Positions 47,243 to 56,969 of a stretch of DNA of 61,650 nt are shown here, in pieces. A model generated the notes under the pieces. It was not told where the DNA came from. It searched no databases and worked only from the letters and a program-made list of their open reading frames with translations. This stretch comes from a virus (taxonomy: Duplodnaviria > Caudoviricetes). Location of the stretch: IMG/VR virus record IMGVR_UViG_3300047476_000161, positions 1-61,650 of that record. One strand, written 5' to 3'. Position numbers and translations under genes: made by a program. Numbering within the stretch: position 1 is the stretch's first letter; every line of letters begins with the position of its first letter.

Positions 47243-47749
47243 CGACAAGAAGTTGGCTTCGTTCAGACGAATGCTTACGCAAATCCTACACTGTGCAGAC
47301 ACATTAATAATCCTGTGCGGAGCAGATATATTAACTATAGCAGGCCCATTCCAGTATTTAGAATACTCTAGCTTGCATTCATCTTCTGTATATTCTATAA
47401 ATTTTCTATCTATTTTGTTATAAGACAATGTATCTGTTTTGTTTATTAAAGAAAACCATTCCATTACCCAGGTTTTAGATTTTCCTATTATCCAGTTAAT
47501 TGCATACAATCCATTATCTATCGAATCTCCGTCTGTATGTAATGCCATTTTTAATCCGGGAGGAGAAACAAATATCTGCACTTCCTTTACAGTTAACCCC
47601 AGGGCATTTATTCCATTTACTACAGGGAGGCTTAATACATTAACGGGTAAATTGATGATATCACGCTTAGTTCCGAATAGAATCTCAGGGTCGGTAGTGT
47701 CTATTAATGGGTAATTTCCCCAATCCTGTAATATCTTGTAAAAATACAT
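47228..47749 (-). CDS. Fe(II)/2OG-dioxygenase-like cupin protein (third paralog)
   Basis: LHTDG...AINW...VNISAPHRI...RICVSIR; TAAATA 5 nt upstream. Confidence 0.65.
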   Translation of the reverse strand: MYFYKILQDWGNYPLIDTTDPEILFGTKRDIINLPVNVLSLPVVNGINALGLTVKEVQIFVSPPGLKMALHTDGDSIDNGLYAINWIIGKSKTWVMEWFSLINKTDTLSYNKIDRKFIEYTEDECKLEYSKYWNGPAIVNISAPHRIINVSAQCRICVSIRLNEANFLSKFAQ

Positions 47750-47754
47750 AGCCG

Positions 47755-47772
47755 TATTTAGTAAGGTAAATA
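47755..47772. promoter_or_regulatory. Back-to-back late promoters (TAAATA on - at 47755, on + at 47767)
   Basis: Matches the divergent gene arrangement. Confidence 0.65.
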
Positions 47773-47794
47773 CACTATAAAAAGGATTATTCTT

Positions 47795-48796
47795 ATGGCT
47801 CGTTTATCGCTATGGAAAAATTATAAAAGCAAAGACTATTACTTCCTTGACCGCACTGTAAGAGAACAGTTCGAAATAGGCGGTACAGGTATCTTCATTC
47901 ACAAATACACCGGGCCAGTAGAAGCAGACGGGGTAGTAAATCCTGACGAATTGACAGAAATAACTATTCAAGACTTGACGTTTTTAGAAAACCGTGATCG
48001 TAAATACGACCCAGATGTATACGAAATTAAAGGGCACTATCAAGTTAGTGATCACGATTTCGATCTAAGTCAGTTTGGTTTATTCTTGCAGACTGATACA
48101 GTTTACATTACTTTCCATTTAAATGAAATGGTAGAGCGTATCGGGCGCAAATTAATGAGTGGTGATGTGCTAGAATTACAGCACTTGCGTGACGATATGG
48201 GACTAGATGAATCAAAAGCACCTAGTCGTAAATTTTACGTTGTGCAAGATGCGAGTCGTGCTTCGGAAGGTTATACCCCGACTTGGTATCCACATATTTG
48301 GCGTGTTAAATGTGTGCCACTAGAAGATACACAAGAATTTAAACAAATCCTCGAGCTCGAGAATGACGATGGTACCACTATCAAGGATACTCAAACTTCA
48401 TTGCAAACTGCACTTAACATTACTGACGCTATTGTTGCGGCTGCTGAAGAAAATGACCCTACTGGTGCTAGTTGTACTGCTCATCTTGCTAACTACGATC
48501 CTGAAACATTTGTCTATAACTACGGTGCAGACATTCCAGAAGGAGAAACTTTTCCTAGTACACCTCGACTAGGTGACAAGTTTATACGCACAGACTTTGT
48601 GCCGCATCGTCTGTTCGAGTACAGAGACAATAGATGGCATCGCTTGTACGATAACATAGATCAAAACACTTGGGCAACTAAGACTATCAACGGCGCAACT
48701 TTTGTTAATAACAGTAATACTACTGTAGTCGGCGGTAAGGAGTTTGATGAACGTCAACCATTGAGCAAAGTTATCAAACCTAAAACGGACAATTAA
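47795..48796 (+). CDS. Neck protein (T4 gp14-like)
   Basis: LENRDRKY, LSQFGLFL..D...ITFH and GDVLEL; precedes the gp15-like gene. Confidence 0.65.
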   Translation: MARLSLWKNYKSKDYYFLDRTVREQFEIGGTGIFIHKYTGPVEADGVVNPDELTEITIQDLTFLENRDRKYDPDVYEIKGHYQVSDHDFDLSQFGLFLQTDTVYITFHLNEMVERIGRKLMSGDVLELQHLRDDMGLDESKAPSRKFYVVQDASRASEGYTPTWYPHIWRVKCVPLEDTQEFKQILELENDDGTTIKDTQTSLQTALNITDAIVAAAEENDPTGASCTAHLANYDPETFVYNYGADIPEGETFPSTPRLGDKFIRTDFVPHRLFEYRDNRWHRLYDNIDQNTWATKTINGATFVNNSNTTVVGGKEFDERQPLSKVIKPKTDN

Positions 48797-48798
48797 TT

Positions 48799-50151
48799 AT
48801 GGACTTCTTTTACGATCAACAAATACGCAGACACATTGAACAATTTATTCGCTTGTTTAGCGGATTAAATGTTTATATGGGCAAAGACAAGAATGGAATT
48901 GATACGTTCCAGCGTGTTCCTGTACGCTACGGAGATGCAAGCCGTATGGCAAGTCACATCCTTCGCAACAATACAGAAAACTTTATGAACACTGTGCCTG
49001 CTATTAGTTGTTACATAGAGAATATGTCCATTAACGCAAGCCGCAGAGCTAACCCTACATACCAGGATAAAGTACAGGTATACGAACGCAAGTACGACAA
49101 GGAAACTGGCAAATACACAGACGGAACCGGTGATACTTATACTATCGAGCGCCATATGCCTGTCCCTTACGACTTAAAGTTTAGCGTAGATGTATGGACT
49201 AGCAACACTGATCAAAAGTTCCAGTTAATAGAGCAGATTGCTATTATGTTCAACCCCAGTGTTAATATTAGAAGTAGCTGCAATGCGTTTGACTGGACTG
49301 CTCCTACATATGTAGAGCTATCCGACTTAACATATTCCAGCAGATCTATTCCTCAGGGCCCTGACGCTAGCATTGATATTACCAGCTGGAAGTTTAATAT
49401 GCCTATATGGATTACTCCTCCTGCTAAAGTCAAACGCCAGGTCTTAATTTATAACATTATGACTAATATCCACACTGTGGATACCCTAGAGACTCCGTTA
49501 AGCGATATGCCATTTGACGAAGTTCCTAAAGAAACTACATCCTTTATGGTTATTACTTACGAGGATAGAAAAGTAGATGTAGAAGGCAATCGCATCAAGC
49601 TGTTAAACGATAGAGGCACTACTCACGATGATGCTAACGGCGGAGAACTAAGCTGGGTTACAGAGCTTAAACAGTTCGGGCAAATCAAGCCAGGCATTAG
49701 TCAAATACGCTTACGCAGAAGCGATGACATAGAGTACGCAAATGACGATATTGTCGGCTTAATCGAGCACGACCCCGATAACGATAACGAACTTATTTTT
49801 ACTGTAGACACTGCTACTATGCCTGCTGATACATTGCCGATGGTCATAGGTGTAATCAATCCTACTAAGTCGCATCCAGGATCAGGGATACTTCCTCCTG
49901 CTGCTAGTGGTCAGCGTTACTTGCTAGTAGAAGATTGTCCTGCGGACGGGTTATGGGATGTGACTGCTAGCGCCAATGACATTATAGAGTACGACGGTGA
50001 ACAATGGTTTGTTGCGTTTTCTCATACTAGCACTGCAACACAATTTGTGACTAATGCTAACACTATGGTTAAATACCAATGGACAGGAACCGAGTGGGTA
50101 GATGCTTATCAAGGCGTTTACAATCCTGGCTATTGGAGACTATATCTGTGA
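48799..50151 (+). CDS. Tail sheath stabiliser/terminator (T4 gp15-like) with C-terminal extension
   Basis: FFYDQQIRR...VPVRYG...PVPYDL...QLIEQI..FNPS. Confidence 0.8.
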   Translation: MDFFYDQQIRRHIEQFIRLFSGLNVYMGKDKNGIDTFQRVPVRYGDASRMASHILRNNTENFMNTVPAISCYIENMSINASRRANPTYQDKVQVYERKYDKETGKYTDGTGDTYTIERHMPVPYDLKFSVDVWTSNTDQKFQLIEQIAIMFNPSVNIRSSCNAFDWTAPTYVELSDLTYSSRSIPQGPDASIDITSWKFNMPIWITPPAKVKRQVLIYNIMTNIHTVDTLETPLSDMPFDEVPKETTSFMVITYEDRKVDVEGNRIKLLNDRGTTHDDANGGELSWVTELKQFGQIKPGISQIRLRRSDDIEYANDDIVGLIEHDPDNDNELIFTVDTATMPADTLPMVIGVINPTKSHPGSGILPPAASGQRYLLVEDCPADGLWDVTASANDIIEYDGEQWFVAFSHTSTATQFVTNANTMVKYQWTGTEWVDAYQGVYNPGYWRLYL

Positions 50152-50606
50152 AAGTAAGTGCTAGCGGAACGCTATTCTTTAGTATTAAAACAAAACGTAT
50201 TCTTATACAGTTGCGTTCTAAACGTGCTAGCTATCCTTTGACTTGGAGTTTATGGGGCGGGAAACAAGAAAAGAACGAACGCCCTATAGAGACCTTACTC
50301 CGAGAAATTAAAGAGGAAATGGGCAATGTTCCAGAAATTAAAAAGATTTATCCTCTTCATAAATATAGTAGCAAGGACGGAGAATTCGAATACAATAGCT
50401 TTTGCTGTTTAGTAAACGACGAATTTATTCCGGAATTAAATACAGAGAGCGCAGGATACGCCTGGATAGAACCTGGGTTTTGGCCAAGGCCCTTGCACAA
50501 CGGAGCGAAAGGATTTTTACTTAGCAAGACATTTAAAACTAAATTGTCAGCACTAGTAGAATACATAGAACACAATTATGCCAGCAACAATAATAAGGTT
50601 TCCTGA
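50148..50606 (+). CDS. Nudix hydrolase
   Basis: GGKQEKNERPIETLLREIKEEMG Nudix box; GTGA overlap and GGAG SD give start 50148. Confidence 0.85.
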   Translation: MKVSASGTLFFSIKTKRILIQLRSKRASYPLTWSLWGGKQEKNERPIETLLREIKEEMGNVPEIKKIYPLHKYSSKDGEFEYNSFCCLVNDEFIPELNTESAGYAWIEPGFWPRPLHNGAKGFLLSKTFKTKLSALVEYIEHNYASNNNKVS

Positions 50607-50967
50607 AACAATAAAGAAGCAGGAATTTAAAGTACAAAAGAGTTTTGAGCTAATTGCGGCTTGGCACCCTAAATTCTTCAATCCGTACTTAAATGCAATC
50701 TACAGCGAAACTGTACCTTATTTAGAACGTTGGTATTTAGAAACAAGGCATTGTCTTGCTAAAGAAACTCCTAACAATTTATTAGGGCAATTAATACAAG
50801 ACAAACAGTACTGCAAGGAATTTATAGATGCTTGCGAGTCTGATCTTAAAATGTGCAAGGAATACTTGAACGACGACGAGTATTCAATTATGGCAGAGTA
50901 CTGGATAAAAAAGCTAAGAAGATGGCAAAGCAACTTCTTAGCTTGTTACAATCACACTATATCTTAA
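50578..50967 (+). CDS. Hypothetical protein, 129 aa
   Basis: Last gene of the + strand unit, ending at a bidirectional terminator. Confidence 0.6.
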   Translation: MPATIIRFPETIKKQEFKVQKSFELIAAWHPKFFNPYLNAIYSETVPYLERWYLETRHCLAKETPNNLLGQLIQDKQYCKEFIDACESDLKMCKEYLNDDEYSIMAEYWIKKLRRWQSNFLACYNHTIS

Positions 50968-50968
50968 T

Positions 50969-50992
50969 AAACAAGGGCATTAGCCCTTGTTT
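50969..50992. terminator. Bidirectional terminator between convergent genes
   Basis: aaacaagggc/gcccttgttt. Confidence 0.75.
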
Positions 50993-53900
50993 AGTTTTGA
51001 CTCTAGATCTTTTACCTTAGCACTTAGTTCCTTAACTGCTTCAATTAGCAATGCAGTTAGTTTGTCGTACTTAACAGTCTTATAACCTTCATATGCGCTG
51101 TCTGTTACTAGCTGCGGTAACACTGCTTCAATTTCTTGTGCAATGACACCAACTTGCGGCGTGTTGTCGACGCCTAATGCTAGTGCAGTTTCATTAGGAT
51201 CAAATGTAACACCTCTAATTGCTTCTACTTTGTCTAGTGCATTTTCAATAGGTGCAACATTAGTCTTTAGTCGAGCATCAGAGTAGTATGCTGTTACTTC
51301 GCCAGTAGCAGTGATATCGCCTGTAATTGCAATACTGCCACCAATACTGCCACCGCCTGTAGATAATAAGTTAGTGATAACACCAGTTGTATTGTTGTAG
51401 CTAATACCGGTGCCTGCGCTTAGTGCTGCTCTTGCACGTGCATCTGTGTAGTATAAGTTACTGCCTTCTGCAATACTAGAAGTAGTGTATGTAGGAGTTG
51501 TATAACTAATAACACCGGTTGTTGGGTTATAGCTTAAACTGCCGCTTACACTAATTGCATTACGTGCACGTGTAGTCGTGAAGTATAAGTTAGTGCCGCC
51601 TTCTGGTACTGCATCTGTTGTGCCAGGGCTTGAACTGATTTCGATATAACTAGAGCCGGACCATCTGTATGTCTTGTTAGTGTCTAGTGCTACATAAATC
51701 TTACCTGTTTCGCCTGTTCCTGGGAAACTACCTGTGTTGATGTATTCGACTACATCATCCACAAAGCTAGGTAGCTGCGCTGCCGGTACCTTACCAGTGC
51801 TATCTAAACTTGCATATCCATTTGCAACACCTTTGTTTGCTGCATTTTCCGGAGTATAAGTTAATGCACCAGTTACATCACTTGACTGTAGTGTAACTGC
51901 GCCAGTGCGTCCGAATACACTTTGTACTGGTGCTGCTGCACTTGCTCTTGCATTGGTATAATATAAATTAGTACCTTCTGCAATGTCGCTAGTTGTTGCA
52001 TTAGTTGCGCTAGTTGTTCTACCCTTAGCATCAACAGTTACCTTTGTGTATGTACCTGCTGTTACACCTGTGTTAGATAGTGTAGCAGTAGAAGAACCTG
52101 CAGGGATAGCAACATCGCCTGTAATTTGTGGTTGTATTCTATTCCAGCTAGAACCGCTATCAACATACAATGTATAAACATCATCTGCTACATAGAATCG
52201 GCCAACTGTACCTGGTGCTGGTTTGGCTGCGTCTGCGCCACGCTGGATGCTTTCTGCGCCACCTGCATTGATTACTTGAGCATTGTTTGTTACATTAGTT
52301 AATCCGACATCTGCTTTAGTTAATGTTACTGCGCCAGTACGGCCTGCTACACTAGTTACTGGGAAGTCTATTGCAGTATTAGATACGCTAGTTACTCGGC
52401 CTTTGCTGTCGATTGCAACGGTAGGTACCGCGGTACTTGTGCCGTATACACCTGCACTTACGCCAGTGTTGTGTAGTGTCACACTAATTGCAGTAGTACC
52501 AGAACCTGTTACATCACCATTTAGCGTAATTGTTTGGTTGCCGGTTAAGTATGCTGCATTAGAACCTGCTGTTACACGACCTTTTGCATCAACTTGTACT
52601 GTGTTGTAAGTTCCTGCCGTTACACCAGTTGTTGCCAAAGTAGCAACTGTATCGCCTGCTGTAATTGATATATCGCCTGTAATAGCAGGCTGACTCATAT
52701 TAGTCCAACTAGAGCCATTGTAGGTGTATATAGAGTGAGCGTCGGTGCCGATATATACTGCACCGTTAACACTAGATGCAGGGCGGGCACTTAGCAATCC
52801 TGTTGAAATTTTAGGAGTAGAACCCGCGTTCTCAACTTGTGCTACGTTTAATACGTTGCCTAAACCTACGTCTGTACTAGTTACTGTAACATCACCTGTA
52901 CGTCCTGCAACACTAGTCACTGGGAAGTCAATGTTAACTTCTGCTGCGTTAGATAGTCTACCTTTATTGTCTACTGTGAATGTAGCTGACTTAGTAGAGC
53001 CGCCATACGATCCTGCTGTAACACCGGTTGTCGATAACAAGGTAGCTATGTTAGTATTACCTGTGCCAATTATGTCACCTGTTAAACTGATAACTTGGTT
53101 GGCAGTTAAGTAAGCTACGTTACTCCCGTTAGTTGCACGGCCATAAGCATCAACTGTAATGTTATTATATGTTCCTGTTGTTACGCCTGTTTGTGCTAGA
53201 TCAATACTGTCCGGGTTAACAACAATTCTTCCAGAGTCTGCAGATACAATATCTAGCTGACTAAATGTTTTTGTTAAACCTGCACCTGCTGTTACACTAG
53301 CTGCTGCCAAGAATGTTTGGAAAGATAAAGCTGTTGTTCCTAGTACAATAGGATTTGGTGTACTTAAAATAAAGCTGTAGCTTGCATATGTGTCACCGTA
53401 TTCTACTGGGGTATAGCTACCGCTAGGTAATTCTGCACTAGTGTCTGCATCGCTACTACGTGTCCAAGGTCCCGAAGACACATCATAAATGCCGTTTTCA
53501 GATGCAGTTAATTGGTCTTTAACTAGAACACGTTCGCCTGCTGATAGTGAATAGCCGTCGATAGTCTGTAAACCGCTTAAAGTAATAGGGCCAGTAGTTG
53601 CGACCGCAACTGGACTATGATAGCTAACGTTAACAATACCATATAAAGTATCGTCTACGTATTTCTTAGTGGCAGCGTGTAAGTCTGCACTAGGTGCACC
53701 TGCTAGCACTAACTCACCGGTCATAGTGTCGCCCGCTTTGTTTAACGGAACATAGCCTAGTGTGTTCGTTATATCGGTAGCACTAAGCAATCTTGCATCG
53801 GTAATTCTACCCTTAGTATCAACTGTAAAGTTATTATAGATGCCAGGAGTAACTGCTGTATTAGCCAATGTCATTGTGATAGCAGCGTTTGAGCTACCAT

Positions 53901-56166
53901 CAAATAATGCACTACCAGTAGCATCGCCGTTAACTGAAATGCTTCTAGCAGTAGCTAGCTTAGTTGCAGTGCTTGCGTTACCAGACAATGTTGCGCTAAT
54001 TGTACCTGCGCTAAAGTTTCCGCTGGCATCACGAGCTACTAGGCTTGAAGGAGTGTTATCACTATGACTGTCTAGTGCAATTACACCAGTGCCAGAGTTG
54101 TATGATAAGCCAGTGCCTGTTGCGCTTAGTGCTGCTCTTGCACGTGCATCTGTGTAATATAAGTTGCTACCTTCGGTAATACCGGTTGTACTAGGAGTTG
54201 TATAGCTGATAACACCGGTTGTTGGGTTATAGCTTAAACTTCCATCTGCGCTGATTACATTACGTGCACGTGCATCGGTAAAGTATAAATTAGTTACACC
54301 TTCAGTAATTTCGTCTGTGTTGTCTTTACCTGCTACTGCGGCATCTACATAGGACTTGGTTGCTGCGTGATTAGATGCAGTAGGACTTGCTACTTGTAGG
54401 GTACCAGTAATAAGGGCATCGCCGCCTACTGATAAACGTTTTGTTTCGTCGTGCGGTTCTGGTATGTTGATACAGACTGCGCCGTCGTCGTGTAACTCTA
54501 GGTTAACTGTGCCATTGCTTACTAGATATGTTGTAGTTCCGTTACGGTAAAAACCAGTTGCAGGGCTGCTGTTAAAATAGAAAGACGGGCTTAGTAAACT
54601 ACCATCAGGTAAGCCAACTGCACCTTGTAATTGGCCTCCAGTAACTGGTACCGGAATGTAGCCTAGTGTGTTTGTAATGTCTGTAAATGTTAGTTGAGCA
54701 CCAGTTGTTACACGGCCTTTTGCATCTACAGTTACCTTTGTATATGTACCTGCTGTTACGCCAGTGTTAGACAAAGTACTAATGCCGGTGTTAGCGGTAA
54801 TGTTAACATCACCTGTTACTGCCGGGCGTAAAGTTTCCCACGCCGTACCTGTATCTCGAGAAATGCTCAGTGTATCTGTTGCAACGAATAGTCGACCTGC
54901 TATACCTGCTGCTGGGCGAGCACCTAGTGTGTTTGCAACAATACCAGGCACGCCAGAGTAGTTTACGACCTGTGCAGAATTAAGAACATTGCCTAATCCA
55001 ACGTCACTGTTGTTTAGTGTAACTGCACCTGTTTTACCTGCAACACTAGTTACCGGATAAGTAACATCAACTTGAGATGCTGCGGTAACTCGTCCTTTGC
55101 TATCTATTGTTAGGCCAACAAACTTGTTGTTTCCGCCATATGTTCCTGCGGTGACCCCAGTGTCTATTAGAGTGACGTTGATGCTAGTATTGCCCGAACC
55201 AGTTGCATCACCTGTTACGCTAATGCTTTGGTTTTCAGTTAAGAAGTCAATTAAATTGACACCAACAACACGACCATACTTGTCGATTTGAATTAAGTTG
55301 TATGCACCTTCTGTTGTTCCGGGAACATCGCTCCATAAGTCATATAAATTGATACCGGACTCGGTCACTGTAATTGCTTCCGGATCTGCTGTTTTGATTT
55401 CAACTTGGTTAGCACCGTTAACTTGTGTACCGTTACCTGCTGTAACTTCGGTTAAGAAGTCGATTAAGTTAACACCAACAACACGGCCGTATTTGTCGAT
55501 TTGAACTAGGTTGTATGCACCTTCTGTTGTTCCGGGCACATCACTCCATAAGTCGTATAAGTTAATACCGTCTTGAGTTGCAACAATGGCTTCAGAATCC
55601 GCTGTTTTAACTTTAATCAAGTTACCGGACATTTCTAAGCCTTCGCCTGCTAGTAGAGTACCAGTGCCTGTAAACTGACTAAAAACAAGCTCAGTAATGC
55701 CTAAAACAATGTCTTTTGATACTAAAATCCAGCCTGTTTTAGCATAAGTGACGCCTTCTGCAACGAATGTATGTAGACCTTGTGTAACGTCTAGATTCGT
55801 ATTTGCATCGTCTGATCTAACTAAACCTGTGTCAGTTAGTGTGTAGATACCATTAAATCGTTTGTCTGCTTGTCCAATTAGCAATACTCGATCGCCTGTT
55901 GCTAGCGTTACTCCGTCTACAGTTGCAGGAGGATTTGCTAGGTCAGATATATTAAAATCTGCCAATGCTCGGCAACTTGCTTTCGGATCTAGACCTTGTG
56001 CAACTAAGTCTACGTAGGCTTTGGTTGCAACGTGTGTCGGACTAGTCGGATCTGCTACAACGATACGTGCGTTGTCAACTACAACATCGCCATTGGCGTT
56101 GACTGTAATTTTATCTTGTTCTGCTACATTTAGAACATATTTGCTAGACGTTTTACTCTTAAACAT
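50980..56166 (-). CDS. Long tail fibre, 1728 aa, with C-terminal peptidase S74 chaperone
   Basis: ATKxYVD, TGVTAGTY..VTVDAKGRVT, VTSVAGRTGAVTL and NLYYTDARAR repeats; YSDARLKTN...GVIAQE...LIEAVKEL. Confidence 0.85.
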   Translation of the reverse strand: MFKSKTSSKYVLNVAEQDKITVNANGDVVVDNARIVVADPTSPTHVATKAYVDLVAQGLDPKASCRALADFNISDLANPPATVDGVTLATGDRVLLIGQADKRFNGIYTLTDTGLVRSDDANTNLDVTQGLHTFVAEGVTYAKTGWILVSKDIVLGITELVFSQFTGTGTLLAGEGLEMSGNLIKVKTADSEAIVATQDGINLYDLWSDVPGTTEGAYNLVQIDKYGRVVGVNLIDFLTEVTAGNGTQVNGANQVEIKTADPEAITVTESGINLYDLWSDVPGTTEGAYNLIQIDKYGRVVGVNLIDFLTENQSISVTGDATGSGNTSINVTLIDTGVTAGTYGGNNKFVGLTIDSKGRVTAASQVDVTYPVTSVAGKTGAVTLNNSDVGLGNVLNSAQVVNYSGVPGIVANTLGARPAAGIAGRLFVATDTLSISRDTGTAWETLRPAVTGDVNITANTGISTLSNTGVTAGTYTKVTVDAKGRVTTGAQLTFTDITNTLGYIPVPVTGGQLQGAVGLPDGSLLSPSFYFNSSPATGFYRNGTTTYLVSNGTVNLELHDDGAVCINIPEPHDETKRLSVGGDALITGTLQVASPTASNHAATKSYVDAAVAGKDNTDEITEGVTNLYFTDARARNVISADGSLSYNPTTGVISYTTPSTTGITEGSNLYYTDARARAALSATGTGLSYNSGTGVIALDSHSDNTPSSLVARDASGNFSAGTISATLSGNASTATKLATARSISVNGDATGSALFDGSSNAAITMTLANTAVTPGIYNNFTVDTKGRITDARLLSATDITNTLGYVPLNKAGDTMTGELVLAGAPSADLHAATKKYVDDTLYGIVNVSYHSPVAVATTGPITLSGLQTIDGYSLSAGERVLVKDQLTASENGIYDVSSGPWTRSSDADTSAELPSGSYTPVEYGDTYASYSFILSTPNPIVLGTTALSFQTFLAAASVTAGAGLTKTFSQLDIVSADSGRIVVNPDSIDLAQTGVTTGTYNNITVDAYGRATNGSNVAYLTANQVISLTGDIIGTGNTNIATLLSTTGVTAGSYGGSTKSATFTVDNKGRLSNAAEVNIDFPVTSVAGRTGDVTVTSTDVGLGNVLNVAQVENAGSTPKISTGLLSARPASSVNGAVYIGTDAHSIYTYNGSSWTNMSQPAITGDISITAGDTVATLATTGVTAGTYNTVQVDAKGRVTAGSNAAYLTGNQTITLNGDVTGSGTTAISVTLHNTGVSAGVYGTSTAVPTVAIDSKGRVTSVSNTAIDFPVTSVAGRTGAVTLTKADVGLTNVTNNAQVINAGGAESIQRGADAAKPAPGTVGRFYVADDVYTLYVDSGSSWNRIQPQITGDVAIPAGSSTATLSNTGVTAGTYTKVTVDAKGRTTSATNATTSDIAEGTNLYYTNARASAAAPVQSVFGRTGAVTLQSSDVTGALTYTPENAANKGVANGYASLDSTGKVPAAQLPSFVDDVVEYINTGSFPGTGETGKIYVALDTNKTYRWSGSSYIEISSSPGTTDAVPEGGTNLYFTTTRARNAISVSGSLSYNPTTGVISYTTPTYTTSSIAEGSNLYYTDARARAALSAGTGISYNNTTGVITNLLSTGGGSIGGSIAITGDITATGEVTAYYSDARLKTNVAPIENALDKVEAIRGVTFDPNETALALGVDNTPQVGVIAQEIEAVLPQLVTDSAYEGYKTVKYDKLTALLIEAVKELSAKVKDLESKLNKG
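55234..55608. repeat. Tandem 162-bp (54-aa) duplication in the tail fibre, 213-bp period
   Basis: KTAD.EAI..T..GINLYDLWSDVPGTTEGAYNL.QIDKYGRVVGVNLIDFLTE twice (55234-55395 and 55447-55608). Confidence 0.9.
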
Positions 56167-56227
56167 TTGTGAGGTGTTCCCCTAATAATAAATGTATTTA
56201 TTACTTTTAGGAGCCGAAATTCTAGCC

Positions 56228-56253
56228 AAAAAAAAGCAGCCCGAAAGCTGCTT
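56228..56253 (-). terminator. Rho-independent terminator
   Basis: aagcagc/gctgctt stem with an A8 run (T8 on -). Confidence 0.8.
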
Positions 56254-56269
56254 AAAAAGGGGAATTTAG

Positions 56270-56968
56270 TTACTCTAAATTCGGCTCTACTAAATCGTGT
56301 GTAAAGCTAATACTGCCCACGTGGCCTAACTTGGGGCTAAGTTCGTTATCAATCATAACGCTAATGCCTTGTTTAGCTAGTTCTCGGCAGTGGCGCATAT
56401 CTTCGCCCATATGATCGTCGCTACGCTCTACATATTCTAACGCATACCAAGGTTTTTCTAGGCTACGATAAACTGTAATATCCTCTAGCATACAGCCCAT
56501 ACCGACCCCGTCTACTTTAGTTAGACCTTCGAAGTTTTCGGTATCGCTGTGAACTAGATAGCTGCGCCAATCCATAAGACGCTTGTATGCTACTGATTTA
56601 AATGGCTTGCGGCGAGTTGCATAGTTACCTGCAACTACCGGAACATTGTGCTTTAGTAAACGTTCTGTAGTGTCTTTAGGAAACTGCATATCGCTATCTA
56701 GCCATAAAACGTGAGTAGCACCTACTTCTAATGCTTGTTGTACTAGGGTTTCGCGTTGATTGATAATCAACGTACCCATATTAAAATGTAGAGTAGTTCT
56801 AATGCCTACGCTAGCATTGTATGCCATTAGTTCTGCAAGACTGTACGCAAATACTGCGTGAAGCATATCACGAGTAGGTACGCATACTGCTACTGACACA
56901 CCTTCAAAGTTTTGTGAGTTTGCGTCTAACAGTTTCTTTTTTACGGAAACAGATTTCAATAAACTCAT
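56270..56968 (-). CDS. GT-A fold (GT2-like) glycosyltransferase
   Basis: VCVPTRD, LWLDSD (DxD), GMGCML, GED and LGHVG motifs. Confidence 0.8.
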   Translation of the reverse strand: MSLLKSVSVKKKLLDANSQNFEGVSVAVCVPTRDMLHAVFAYSLAELMAYNASVGIRTTLHFNMGTLIINQRETLVQQALEVGATHVLWLDSDMQFPKDTTERLLKHNVPVVAGNYATRRKPFKSVAYKRLMDWRSYLVHSDTENFEGLTKVDGVGMGCMLEDITVYRSLEKPWYALEYVERSDDHMGEDMRHCRELAKQGISVMIDNELSPKLGHVGSISFTHDLVEPNLE

Positions 56969-56969
56969 C

